The notes under the pieces are model-generated. The model saw only the letters and a program-made list of their open reading frames with translations, made no database searches and was not told the DNA's origin. The position numbers and the translations under genes were made by a program. Below, piece after piece: positions 28,815-41,669 of a stretch of DNA of 64,000 bases. Position 1 is the stretch's first letter. Each line of letters starts with the position of its first letter. This DNA comes from Bdellovibrionales bacterium. GTDB taxonomy: Bacteria > Bdellovibrionota > Bdellovibrionia > Bdellovibrionales > Bdellovibrionaceae. The DNA lies in the NCBI GenBank assembly GCA_031370005.1, contig JANMPT010000050.1, forward strand, positions 1 to 64,000. Reading direction: 5' to 3'.

Positions 28815-29506
28815 TTTGTTATCGGCTAGTTCGCAAAAAGTTCATATCGCTGGATTCGGACTTTTTTAATAGCGAGCATTCAAAAAGAAATTTAAGTCGC
28901 TGGCATACCAATGGTATGCCAGCTCTTTATTTTGCCGATTCTAAATTTGGTGCTATTATGGAGTGTGGCAAGTACTGGGTTTGTGACGTAGCCAAAGAGT
29001 TAAATCAGATTGTCGAGCTTAGTAAAGGTAAGCCGCCTTTAGAGTGGAACCTTAAGTATCAAGCATTGTCTAAAATCGAAGGTTATATTGCAACCGTTGA
29101 AGTAGATGATGCCCTGCCTATTCTCGATCTTACTATGCATCCTCCGGCCCATGACCTATTTCAAAAGGCAGGATTTCCTGACCTTCGAATACCAGATACT
29201 AGAAAAAATGTTATTACTAGCATTGATAAGCACGCGACTAGGCATATTGGGAAACACTATGCTGGTGTAAGAGCTCCAATACTTAAAGCCGTAAGTGCTC
29301 GGTATGAAGGCAATTGTCTAATTTTATTTCCTGGCAACTTTGAGCCTAAGCAAGTGAGGCTTGCTGAAAAAATAGAAGTCACTCTTTATGCGCTTGATAG
29401 CAACTCAAAACGTATTTCCGGCAATAAGATTGCAAAGTTGAACGAAAGCATGCTGGGTTACGATTTAGATGGCTCTACAGGAACTTTAGCCCCCTTGAAG
29501 CTATGA
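28811..29506 (+). CDS. RES domain toxin (putative NAD+-consuming ART-fold enzyme)
   Basis: CYRL...SRWH (R), ALYFADSKFGAIME (E), AVSAR (S), NCLILF. Confidence 0.85.
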   Translation: MICYRLVRKKFISLDSDFFNSEHSKRNLSRWHTNGMPALYFADSKFGAIMECGKYWVCDVAKELNQIVELSKGKPPLEWNLKYQALSKIEGYIATVEVDDALPILDLTMHPPAHDLFQKAGFPDLRIPDTRKNVITSIDKHATRHIGKHYAGVRAPILKAVSARYEGNCLILFPGNFEPKQVRLAEKIEVTLYALDSNSKRISGNKIAKLNESMLGYDLDGSTGTLAPLKL

Positions 29507-29603
29507 AAATTTCGAAAATTGAGTCAGTACCTATAGGTATCGGTGGAGCATAGCGCTTGATTGAGCATACCTGTCATCACGAAGACCTTATTTAAGGCAG
29601 ATC

Positions 29604-30245
29604 TTACTCAGTATCCCAGCCGACGACGCGGCCTCCTTCAAAATAAACATAGCGTTTTTGTTGATGGAAGCCATCAGTGCCAGGGACGTTGCGTATGTAT
29701 TTCCAACGTTCATTTTTATAGATTGGGTTTCCTGAGGATTCCACTGAAATAGGCTCACCCCAGGCGCGTCGAACATACTCCATTTGCATGCCGATAGAGA
29801 TATCTTGGGAGTCAATTAGTTCTTTCATTCTTGTTACAGGGACTCGGGTGCGGCTCCAGATATTATTGCGATTGATCCAGTTTTGCCGACCCTCCAAAGA
29901 TGGAATGGTTAAGAGCTCTATTTTTTCTGTATCGTCTTTCAACCAGGGGAGAATTTTCGAGTATTGCTCTTTGGATTGTCGCGAATCGAGGGACTTTTCA
30001 AGCTCGCGCAATTTTTTTCGTTGTTGTACCTGTTGGAGTTCATCGGCGCTCATGCTGGCGGGGCTAAAACCAAGTTCATAGGCGATGCGAGTGGTCTCCG
30101 GGTCTGATCCTTGGGTCTCGACAGCACTATAAGTATTCACGACCTTGGGCGCTCGTAAGTTATAGCCGCTATTCTTGGATCTTTGAAATTGGGCACAGGC
30201 CATTGCGACAAATGGCATGCAAATCAGTATAGGCCACTTCTTCAT
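29604..30245 (-). CDS. Hypothetical lipoprotein with SmpA/BamE-like C-terminal motif
   Basis: Lipobox AMAC; IGMQMEYVRRAWGEP...ERWKY...VYFEGGRVVGW. Confidence 0.7.
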   Translation of the reverse strand: MKKWPILICMPFVAMACAQFQRSKNSGYNLRAPKVVNTYSAVETQGSDPETTRIAYELGFSPASMSADELQQVQQRKKLRELEKSLDSRQSKEQYSKILPWLKDDTEKIELLTIPSLEGRQNWINRNNIWSRTRVPVTRMKELIDSQDISIGMQMEYVRRAWGEPISVESSGNPIYKNERWKYIRNVPGTDGFHQQKRYVYFEGGRVVGWDTE

Positions 30246-30352
30246 GAGAGATTCTCCTCCGTTTTAGTTTAACCGGAGGTCGACCAGATTAGAATATTCT
30301 TGCGAGGTGTAGGCTCCATTCTTTACAATAGTCAGGTGGCTATAAGGAAAAA

Positions 30353-31300
30353 ATGACAGAACCAAAAGATCTGAACCAGACAAAAGACCAGCACTCGGAT
30401 GCTGATGGGCAAGAATTGAGCCCTGATCAGCTCGATAGCATGATTTTGTCTGAGGCTCCGGATTTTGCGAACGACTTAAATAATGTAAAGTCATTGCCTT
30501 CCGATGGCAGTATTGATTTGGATGTTGTTGATCTTGGCCAAACGTTCTCCGAAAATCCATGGAGCCACCCCATCGGTCTTCGCAAAGTTCTTGTGGCGAT
30601 CCTTCCTTTTTTACCAAAGCTATGGGATTTTCAGTATCGCTTTTTCATGACCTTGCATCTTCGCAGGGCTAATTTAAAAACGGCACTTCGTGAGGCGGGG
30701 CCGAGACTTTTACAGGCGACGAAATCAGGCGGCAAATGGACTTTAGAGTATTCAAAAGGCCGCGCTACGGCTTTCAATGAGCTGACTGGGACTTTAAAAA
30801 TTGTCGCTGTCTGTTTGATTTTGCTAAGTGCTTTAACAGCGGCCTTTGTCTATCGCAGCTTTACCAAAGGAGTCTTGCCTGATGGCAAGGAATATTTAAT
30901 AGCAAGTCTTGAGGAGTGGTCCAACAAAAGCTACAAATATGATCCAGACACAGAGATGGACTTTTTCTACGATTCACCGCGAACTATTCAAAACATTATG
31001 TCATTACCAAAGATGGTGGTGAATCTTCGCCCATCATCAACCTCGGGGCCAAACCCCATGGCGGCACTAGAGTTTTTTTTAGAAGGGCTTAGTCCCGAGG
31101 CGATTGTCGAAGTGAAAGATCGTGAAGTCGAGATTCGGGATCTTTTTCAAAGAACCATAGAAGAGATGACCTATGGGGAATTAGAAAGCACTGAGGGCAA
31201 GCAACAACTTACGGAGAAATTGCGCCAAGCCCTCAATGATTATCTGACTAAGGGAAAAATTCGAAGAGTTTTTTTTAAAGAGGCAGTGATCAAGCCGTAG
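30353..31300 (+). CDS. FliL-family flagellar basal body-associated protein with long N-terminus
   Basis: TM then MVVNL...EIRD...EGKQQL...GKIRRVFF FliL C-terminal pattern. Confidence 0.8.
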   Translation: MTEPKDLNQTKDQHSDADGQELSPDQLDSMILSEAPDFANDLNNVKSLPSDGSIDLDVVDLGQTFSENPWSHPIGLRKVLVAILPFLPKLWDFQYRFFMTLHLRRANLKTALREAGPRLLQATKSGGKWTLEYSKGRATAFNELTGTLKIVAVCLILLSALTAAFVYRSFTKGVLPDGKEYLIASLEEWSNKSYKYDPDTEMDFFYDSPRTIQNIMSLPKMVVNLRPSSTSGPNPMAALEFFLEGLSPEAIVEVKDREVEIRDLFQRTIEEMTYGELESTEGKQQLTEKLRQALNDYLTKGKIRRVFFKEAVIKP

Positions 31301-31303
31301 TTT

Positions 31304-32296
31304 TTAGCCATACAAGCTCTCTGATTTTATCCTGTATACTTTGTAGTCGATATTGTACTGACGAAGCCGATCGTTCAAAGTGCTCTTCGGCATTCCTAAA
31401 TCTTGCGCCGTCTTTCTTTGATTGCCTCTGTTTTCCTGGAGTTTTTTTAAGATAATGGTTTTTTCCACTTCTTTGATGACAGACATTCTAGTTTGGGAGT
31501 TCTCATCTATAGTAGGTGTATATATGGTAGAGCTTTTAAGTAAGCGCTCTATTTGCTCTAGATCGATTTGCCTATTTGGAAAAATGGCTGCGGCTCGTGA
31601 CACCAGATTGCGGAGTTCGCGGATGTTCCCAGGCCAAGAATACATTTTTAGTTTTTGAATAGCAGCAAATGAAAATCGCACCCTCATTTGTTTTGCAAAG
31701 ATATACAGCAAATCTTCAAAATCATCGATGCGCTCCTTTAGGGGCGGAGTATGAATAGAGACTACATTTAAACGAAAAAAAAGATCTGACCGGAACTGAC
31801 CGTCATTAATTTTCTGCGCAAGATTTTGGTGAGTCGCAGCGATGACGCGGATATTTGTTTTAATCGTGCGATCGCTACCTACGGGGCGAATTTCATTGTT
31901 TTCCAAAGCGCGCAGAAGTTTTGCCTGCAAATGAAAAGATAGGTCGCCAATTTCATCAAGGAAGAGAGTTCCAAAGCGCGCACATTCAAAGGCACCTTTG
32001 CGATCTGAAAAGGCCCCGGTGAAGGCCCCTTTGATATGACCAAAGAGTTCACTCTCAATCAGGGTCTCGGTAAGGGCGCTACAGTTTACGCTGACGAAGG
32101 CGGCTTGAGCTCTTGTCGAGCTCTTATGAATGGCCTGAGCAATAATATCTTTGCCGGTTCCGGAGGGACCTAGGAGCAAAACTGGGAAGTCGGTTTGTGC
32201 AACACCGGGCAGACTTTGCAATTCAGCATTCCACAGGGCGTTGCGACTTTGCAATGGAAAGGCTGAGGTCATAGGTAAATTTGTGATTTCGTACAT
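31304..32296 (-). CDS. Sigma54-dependent enhancer-binding protein (AAA+ and Fis HTH) with no sensor domain
   Basis: GPSGTGKD, ESELFGH, GAFTGA, LFLDEIG and WPGNIREL motifs; C-terminal HTH. Confidence 0.92.
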   Translation of the reverse strand: MYEITNLPMTSAFPLQSRNALWNAELQSLPGVAQTDFPVLLLGPSGTGKDIIAQAIHKSSTRAQAAFVSVNCSALTETLIESELFGHIKGAFTGAFSDRKGAFECARFGTLFLDEIGDLSFHLQAKLLRALENNEIRPVGSDRTIKTNIRVIAATHQNLAQKINDGQFRSDLFFRLNVVSIHTPPLKERIDDFEDLLYIFAKQMRVRFSFAAIQKLKMYSWPGNIRELRNLVSRAAAIFPNRQIDLEQIERLLKSSTIYTPTIDENSQTRMSVIKEVEKTIILKKLQENRGNQRKTAQDLGMPKSTLNDRLRQYNIDYKVYRIKSESLYG

Positions 32297-32483
32297 ATTT
32301 TCTCCTCGGTTATGGCTGCTGACATTAGGAAAATGCGTTTCTCTATGAGTTTCTCTATGCGCTATTCCAAGAATCGGACCAAGTCTAAATCAAATGAGCG
32401 TAGTTTTACCGAACTTCGGACGAACTTATCCAAGTTTCTAGAAGTTGATTCTCAGAATCTAGAATTTCAGGCAAGATCAATGG

Positions 32484-33893
32484 ATGAGACTTGCCACCAG
32501 AGAAGACATTTATAAGATCGATAAGGCAGCGAATGAGGACTATGGACTCAGTTCTTCGTTGCTCATCGAAAAAGCGGGTTCTGCGCTGGCAGCAGGTTTT
32601 GAGAAAATCTTTCAACAGCAAAATTGGCACAGGAAATTTAGAATCGGCATTTGGTGTGGCAAGGGAAACAATGGTGCTGATGGGCGTATGATGGCGCAGC
32701 TCCTGCGTGGGAAAACTTTTGTAGTGGAAGTACTTGAGGGCACCTCATGGAAGCCTCAAGATTTTGAAATTATTGTTGATGCACTTTTTGGTGTAGGGCT
32801 CAATCGTCCTATCGAAGGGGCTCTCAAAGAGCAGATTCTCAGGCTCAATAAATTTCGGCGAAAAGTTATCGCAGTAGATATTCCCAGTGGTTTGGACGCG
32901 AATACAGGAGAGATCCTTGGGGCAGCGGTGAAAGCTCAGTGGACGTTGACAATTGCACTAGCAAAGCCCGGATTATTTTTACAAGAGGGACCCGCCCAGT
33001 GTGGGCATATACAGCGTTTAGATATTGGGCTTCCGCGAGAGTTGCTGAGAAAAAATGCTAACAGCATTTTTTTGATTGGCAAAGCTAGTGCGAAAAAGCT
33101 TCTTCCCTCACGCTCTTCGATTTCGAATAAAAGTCATTTTGGTCATCTCTTGGTTCTTGCAGGCTCTACAGGAATGGAGGGCGCGGCTTTACTGGCAGCA
33201 GAAGCCGCTGCGCGGATGGGTTGTGGTTATGTAACCTTGTGCTCCTTAAGCCCTGAGATTTTTAAGAAATCTCGACCTGATTTTCTTCGTCTTTCTTTGA
33301 GCATGTTTTTTAAAAGTGACTTAAAAAAATATACGGCGGTTGTTTTTGGACCCGGTCTTGGTGTGAATAATCAGACCTTGAAAATCTTCAAACACTTGCT
33401 GAAACACCATGGGAAGGTTTTGGTTGATGCCGATGCTTTAACGATGCTTTCAAAAATGCCCTCTTTGAAATTGCCAGAAAACTGGCTTTTAACCCCTCAC
33501 ACAGGTGAGCTTTCTCGAATTCTGGGGCTTTCTGCCAAAGAACTTGAAAAAGATCGCTTACAAAGCGTGCAAATAGCGCAGAAAAACAAAACTTGCATGG
33601 TTTTACTAAAGGGCTTTCGCACAGTGCTAGGCAGTTCGCAAAAAACTTACATTATCGGCTCAGGAAATGTGGCCCTTGCCAAAGCCGGAAGTGGAGACGT
33701 TTTAAGTGGTTTTATTGGCTCATTAATGGCCCAAAACCTTGCCACAGACAAAGCAGCGGCATTAGGCGCGTATCTTCACGGTTGGATTGCAGATGACTGG
33801 CTCCGTCGAGGCCATTCAAATCGGACATTGATGGCTTCAGATCTTCCAGAATTGCTTGATGCAAGCCTCAGGAGTTTGAAAAACTCTCTTTGA
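32484..33893 (+). CDS. nnr: Bifunctional NAD(P)HX epimerase/dehydratase
   Basis: GKGNNGADG, VDALFG, DIPSG, DADAL, LTPHTGE and AGSGDVL motifs. Confidence 0.93.
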   Translation: MRLATREDIYKIDKAANEDYGLSSSLLIEKAGSALAAGFEKIFQQQNWHRKFRIGIWCGKGNNGADGRMMAQLLRGKTFVVEVLEGTSWKPQDFEIIVDALFGVGLNRPIEGALKEQILRLNKFRRKVIAVDIPSGLDANTGEILGAAVKAQWTLTIALAKPGLFLQEGPAQCGHIQRLDIGLPRELLRKNANSIFLIGKASAKKLLPSRSSISNKSHFGHLLVLAGSTGMEGAALLAAEAAARMGCGYVTLCSLSPEIFKKSRPDFLRLSLSMFFKSDLKKYTAVVFGPGLGVNNQTLKIFKHLLKHHGKVLVDADALTMLSKMPSLKLPENWLLTPHTGELSRILGLSAKELEKDRLQSVQIAQKNKTCMVLLKGFRTVLGSSQKTYIIGSGNVALAKAGSGDVLSGFIGSLMAQNLATDKAAALGAYLHGWIADDWLRRGHSNRTLMASDLPELLDASLRSLKNSL

Positions 33894-33910
33894 TGGATTA
33901 AGCTTTCCCC

Positions 33911-34485
33911 ATGTCTGGAAATATAAAATTTATTAAAAGTGCAGTGCTGCCCAAGGATTATCCTCAAACTGGCAAAAAAGAGATCGCCATTGCAGGCAGA
34001 TCCAATGCCGGCAAGAGCTCTTTTTTAAATGCTCTTGGTAATACCAAAATCGCTAAAGTTAGTAATACACCTGGGAAAACCCGCTTGTTGAACTTTTTTA
34101 GTCGCGGCGATAGTTACGTTTTGGTGGATATGCCCGGTTATGGATTTGCTGCTCGTTCCGGAAATGAAATGCGTGAATGGCATACCATGATTGAAAATTA
34201 TCTAAGTATGCGCGAAGAGCTTGCAGGTTTAATTTTAGTAATGGATTCACGTCGTGATTGGACTGAGGACGAAGAGTTGTTAAAAGCCTTCACAGATTCT
34301 CGCGGCTTGCCTCTGGCCGTGGTTTTGACGAAATCAGATAAGCTCAATCGCAACGACATTCAAAAAGCGCTCACTAAAATTAAAAAAGATGCGGCAACTG
34401 AAGCGGTGTTTATGACCTCCACCCTCAAAAATAGCGGGCAAGCTGCGGTGGAAGACTACGTTTATGAAAATTGGGTGAAGCAGAA

Positions 34486-34489
<4 letters not shown>
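33911..34489 (+). CDS. engB: Ribosome biogenesis GTPase YihA/EngB
   Basis: GRSNAGKSS, PGKT, DMPGYG and TKSD motifs. Confidence 0.95.
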
Positions 34490-37864
<3,375 letters not shown>

Positions 37865-37939
37865 ACAGAGATTTGACAAAGGTCGAGTTAACTCATTGAT
37901 AACCTTGCCGAGTTGTTGAATTTTTTTCACAATGTCGAG

Positions 37940-38464
37940 ATGGGATCAGAATATTCAAAACTCAACCAGGATCTGCGGAGTGTTAAGATGCTCGTTCTTG
38001 ATGTGGACGGGGTGTTGACAGACTGTCGACTCTGGATGGACTCCAACGGTGACTGGAAACGTTTTTATTCTATCCGCGATGGCGTTGGCATTAAGCGTCT
38101 TATCGAATCTGGTTACAAACTTGCAGTGATCACAGGAACCAAAGCAGAAGATATTCGTCAACGGGTAAAAAATCTTGGCATTCAATTTTTCTATGAAGGT
38201 GCCACTGACAAGATACCCTCATTTTTGGAATTACAAAAGCAATCTGGCATACAAGCTGAAGAGATGGCTTATCTTGGAGATGATATTTACGATATCCCCC
38301 TGATTCAAGCAGTGGCCTTCGGCGCCGCAGTGCCAGAGGCAGTCGAAGAAGTTATTGAAGTTGCACAATATATAACTAAAAGGCCTGGCGGCAATGGTGC
38401 TGTTCGCGAGGTTTGTGATCTGATTTATAAACACGGAGCTCTTTCATTATCAGGGCGGTCATAA
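37940..38464 (+). CDS. kdsC: KDO-8-phosphate phosphatase (HAD family)
   Basis: LDVDGVLTD, GDDIYD and GGNGAVRE motifs. Confidence 0.92.
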   Translation: MGSEYSKLNQDLRSVKMLVLDVDGVLTDCRLWMDSNGDWKRFYSIRDGVGIKRLIESGYKLAVITGTKAEDIRQRVKNLGIQFFYEGATDKIPSFLELQKQSGIQAEEMAYLGDDIYDIPLIQAVAFGAAVPEAVEEVIEVAQYITKRPGGNGAVREVCDLIYKHGALSLSGRS

Positions 38465-39244
38465 ATGATTAAGAATGCACTCAAAGGATTGAGTCTTTTC
38501 CTGATTTTTTTCTTGGTTACATTTCTTTTACAAAGAGTGGCTTTCGCCGCAGAGGTCGTAGAGCTGCCAATGGAGGAGCTTGCAACGGAGTCGGTCTATC
38601 CAGTTTTCGATAAGCCCGTGAGCGTGAAAAATAGAAATATAATAACGGCAGGTCGTTTCGAGATTGGTGCTTACTACGGAAATGCACTAACAGAGCCCAT
38701 TTTTAACACAAGTAAATTCGGTTTTTCCGCTTATTATCATCTCAATGAGGAACATGCTCTGGGCGTCTTGTATGAGAAGAATTTTTCGGGCTTGAGTAAA
38801 TACGGCGAGCAATTGAAAGATGTGCCGGGGCAAGGAACGCAGATTCATATCGACTTTACGCGTGCGCCAGCCCCTGAATCAACCATGATGCTTGATTACA
38901 ATTTCAATGCCTTCTATGGAAAAATGAGTTTAAGCAAAAGTATGGTTTTCAATTTGACGACCTTTGGTTCAGTCGCAGCAGGAATTGTGAAGTATCAGAA
39001 CAAAGCTTATCCTGGAATCGCAGTCGGCCTGGGGCAAAAGTACCATATGACAAAGCAGTTCAGTCTTCGTTGGGATCTGCGTATGTTTGCAAACAATGCG
39101 CCGATTCCATTTTATAGCAGCACGAACAACCCCTACACCTTGGACCCAACAGACGGTACTAAAAATGCGCCACCATATAATCAATTTTCTGAACGGCTTA
39201 CTTACACCACCAATTTGAATATTGGTGGTGCATACATGTTTTAA
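38465..39244 (+). CDS. Outer-membrane beta-barrel protein, GltA/GltB-like
   Basis: Signal peptide; VKNR...GRFE and FYGKMS pattern; terminal Phe; first gene of the Glt cluster. Confidence 0.75.
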   Translation: MIKNALKGLSLFLIFFLVTFLLQRVAFAAEVVELPMEELATESVYPVFDKPVSVKNRNIITAGRFEIGAYYGNALTEPIFNTSKFGFSAYYHLNEEHALGVLYEKNFSGLSKYGEQLKDVPGQGTQIHIDFTRAPAPESTMMLDYNFNAFYGKMSLSKSMVFNLTTFGSVAAGIVKYQNKAYPGIAVGLGQKYHMTKQFSLRWDLRMFANNAPIPFYSSTNNPYTLDPTDGTKNAPPYNQFSERLTYTTNLNIGGAYMF

Positions 39245-39255
39245 GGACGGGATCG

Positions 39256-40089
39256 ATGCAAATGGACTTTAAAACACTCTTTACAATGATACTTGCTATC
39301 TTTATGACGAGTCATATTGCCTTGGCATCGGAAGATTCAAGCAGTACGAGCGGCGATGACTTGAATGTTATCGAGATGGAGCTTGATAAAGCAGCTCCAC
39401 CTCAACAGCCAGATTATGCTCCGGGTGCTCAAAGTCAGAAGCTCGATGCCAATGAAGATAAGGCCGAAGCACAAAATAATAAACTTACGGACTTCTCTGG
39501 CCTGACTAAACTGCAGCCCTTTAGCGAGATTTCTGTAATCCAAAAACGTTTTTTACCGAAAACGGGACGCCTTCAGTTTACGGGTGCATTTTCAACGATC
39601 ACGAACAACCCTTGGTTTCTTACCATGGGGGTTTCGTTAAAGGCAGCTTACTACTTCACAGAAGCCTGGGGGATAGAGGGAACTTACACCTCAATGACGA
39701 GTTCGCAAAAAACTTCAGCTCAAGAGCTTCATGATAACAACGGGGTCAGCGCTGATAGTTTTGGATTTCCTAAAAATTATATCGGTGTGGATGCGAAATA
39801 CACACCTTTTTACGGCAAGATGGCTTGGCTTAATAGGAAGATTGTTCCTTTTGAGCATTATTTCACTGTTGGTGGAGGTAACACATCTGTCAGCACGGGG
39901 GGCAGTGGCCCTACTCTTCATATTGGCACTGGGCAGAATTTTGCCTTGTCGAAGCGTTTTTCGGCAAATTGGGATTTTAGCGTGATGAACTATTCTGCAA
40001 AAGCGACAGATGGTACTGTGCAAAGCTTCAGTGATTTGCTTTTGACGGTCGGTATGAGTTTCTTCTATCCGGAGGCCACTTACAGATGA
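39256..40089 (+). CDS. Outer-membrane beta-barrel protein, GltA/GltB-like paralogue
   Basis: VIQKRFLPKTGR, PFYGKMA and GMSFFYP motifs; similar to the upstream ORF. Confidence 0.75.
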   Translation: MQMDFKTLFTMILAIFMTSHIALASEDSSSTSGDDLNVIEMELDKAAPPQQPDYAPGAQSQKLDANEDKAEAQNNKLTDFSGLTKLQPFSEISVIQKRFLPKTGRLQFTGAFSTITNNPWFLTMGVSLKAAYYFTEAWGIEGTYTSMTSSQKTSAQELHDNNGVSADSFGFPKNYIGVDAKYTPFYGKMAWLNRKIVPFEHYFTVGGGNTSVSTGGSGPTLHIGTGQNFALSKRFSANWDFSVMNYSAKATDGTVQSFSDLLLTVGMSFFYPEATYR

Positions 40090-41666
40090 GAAAATATATT
40101 TTAACTTTTCTAATGTCAGGCCTTCTATTTTCTTCAGCATATGCAGCTCAAAAAAAAGTAGCGCCCAATAAAGCATCATCGCGAACCCGTGTTGTTGCTG
40201 CTCCAAGGGCGAAGAACTCTCCGCTCAGACAACAAGTTAATCAGGCCTTAGCTTTGGCAAAAAGTGGTCAGTATGAACAAGCGGCCAGTGCTTTGTTTCA
40301 ATTGGTCCGTCGTTCTGAACTCCAGGCCGAGCGGCCGCAGTTAAAATACGTTCTTGGTTTGATGTTGATGAATATGAAGTTAAATCAAGTCGCTGCCTTT
40401 CAATTCGTAGATGTTATCCGAATGGGCAATAATAAGTTTGTGAAGAGTGCAATTGAAAAGCTTTCCATCGTTGCGGATAACTTGGGCGATGACACCTTAC
40501 TGAACTATGCAGTTTCCAAGGTCGATTTGAGTCATTTTCCTGCAAATAACCGTGACATGCTTTATTTCCGAATAGGTGAAATAAAAATGAAAGCGCGAGA
40601 ATTCGCGATGGCTTCCGAGTTATTCTCCAAGGTCAGCTCAAGTAGCCGTTATTATAATCAAGCCCTTTTTAGTCGTGGCCTGGCGGAGTTAGAGGGCAAT
40701 CAAGCAGATGCTGCCATTAAAACGTTTCAGACATTGCTTGCTTCGCGTGAACGAGCACCAATAACAGATACGAATCGGGTTGCAGCACAAATTGCCATCG
40801 CACGATCACTATATCAAAAGCAAGATTGGGATGCTGCTATTGAAGCCTATGCACAAGTACCCCGCGATCACTTTTTGTGGCACGATGCTTTGTTTGAGTC
40901 CTCATGGGCAATGTTAAGAGCTGCGCGCTTTCGTTCGGTCCTCAGTAATTTTCAATCCTTGCATTCAAGCTATTATGACGATTTTTACATTCCAGAGTCC
41001 CTGCTTCTTCGTGCCATCGTATATCTTTACATCTGTAAATATGACGAAATGGAAAAGGTTTTGAGTCTGTTTGAAAATACGTATGGCCCCGTTCGCGCGA
41101 AAATTGGCGACTTTATTCGTTCAAACACTGATGCCATGGAATATTACAAAGAGATTGAAAAGGGTCAGCAAATCAAGAGGTCAGACAAGGCTGTGAACTT
41201 GAAGCTTCCGTACAATGTACTGAAGAATATCTCTGAAGAGGGGAACGTCAAGCGTTCGCTTTACTATATTAAGCGTCTCAATGACGAGAAGGCTCGTATT
41301 GATGCAAATCCGGGATTTAGAAGTACGCCTGTAGGACAGTACTCCCTAAAAGTAGTAAATAACCGGCAGCGCAATGCAAAACTCTCTGTGGGCGATATGA
41401 CAAAAGCGCATTTGCTTAATATGCGTGTTGAGCTTCGTGATCTCTATGAACAGGCTGGCTTTATACGCTATGAGATGATTAATGGCAAAAAAGAAAATTT
41501 GAAAATGAAATTGGCAGGGAAAGATCTTCCGGCCGAGCAAATTGATGAAAAAGTCGATCGTACTTTCTATGTACAGAACGGTTACGAATATTATCCATTT
41601 CAGGGGGAATATTGGTTGGATGAAATTGGAAACTACCACTATTTAGGTAAACAAAGTTGCGAGTAA
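40086..41666 (+). CDS. TPR protein, GltC-like
   Basis: TPR repeats; C-terminal YPFQGEYWLDEIGNY motif. Confidence 0.8.
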   Translation: MRKYILTFLMSGLLFSSAYAAQKKVAPNKASSRTRVVAAPRAKNSPLRQQVNQALALAKSGQYEQAASALFQLVRRSELQAERPQLKYVLGLMLMNMKLNQVAAFQFVDVIRMGNNKFVKSAIEKLSIVADNLGDDTLLNYAVSKVDLSHFPANNRDMLYFRIGEIKMKAREFAMASELFSKVSSSSRYYNQALFSRGLAELEGNQADAAIKTFQTLLASRERAPITDTNRVAAQIAIARSLYQKQDWDAAIEAYAQVPRDHFLWHDALFESSWAMLRAARFRSVLSNFQSLHSSYYDDFYIPESLLLRAIVYLYICKYDEMEKVLSLFENTYGPVRAKIGDFIRSNTDAMEYYKEIEKGQQIKRSDKAVNLKLPYNVLKNISEEGNVKRSLYYIKRLNDEKARIDANPGFRSTPVGQYSLKVVNNRQRNAKLSVGDMTKAHLLNMRVELRDLYEQAGFIRYEMINGKKENLKMKLAGKDLPAEQIDEKVDRTFYVQNGYEYYPFQGEYWLDEIGNYHYLGKQSCE

Positions 41667-41669
41667 TTT

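Noticed and set aside
29528..29539. Perfect 12-bp palindrome TACCTATAGGTA after the RES gene
   Set aside because: Too short and without a loop or U-tract to call a terminator; may be chance
27300..29600. Mobile element or att-flanked island around the RES operon
   Set aside because: No integrase, transposase, tRNA or flanking direct/inverted repeats found by eye; horizontal origin remains inference only
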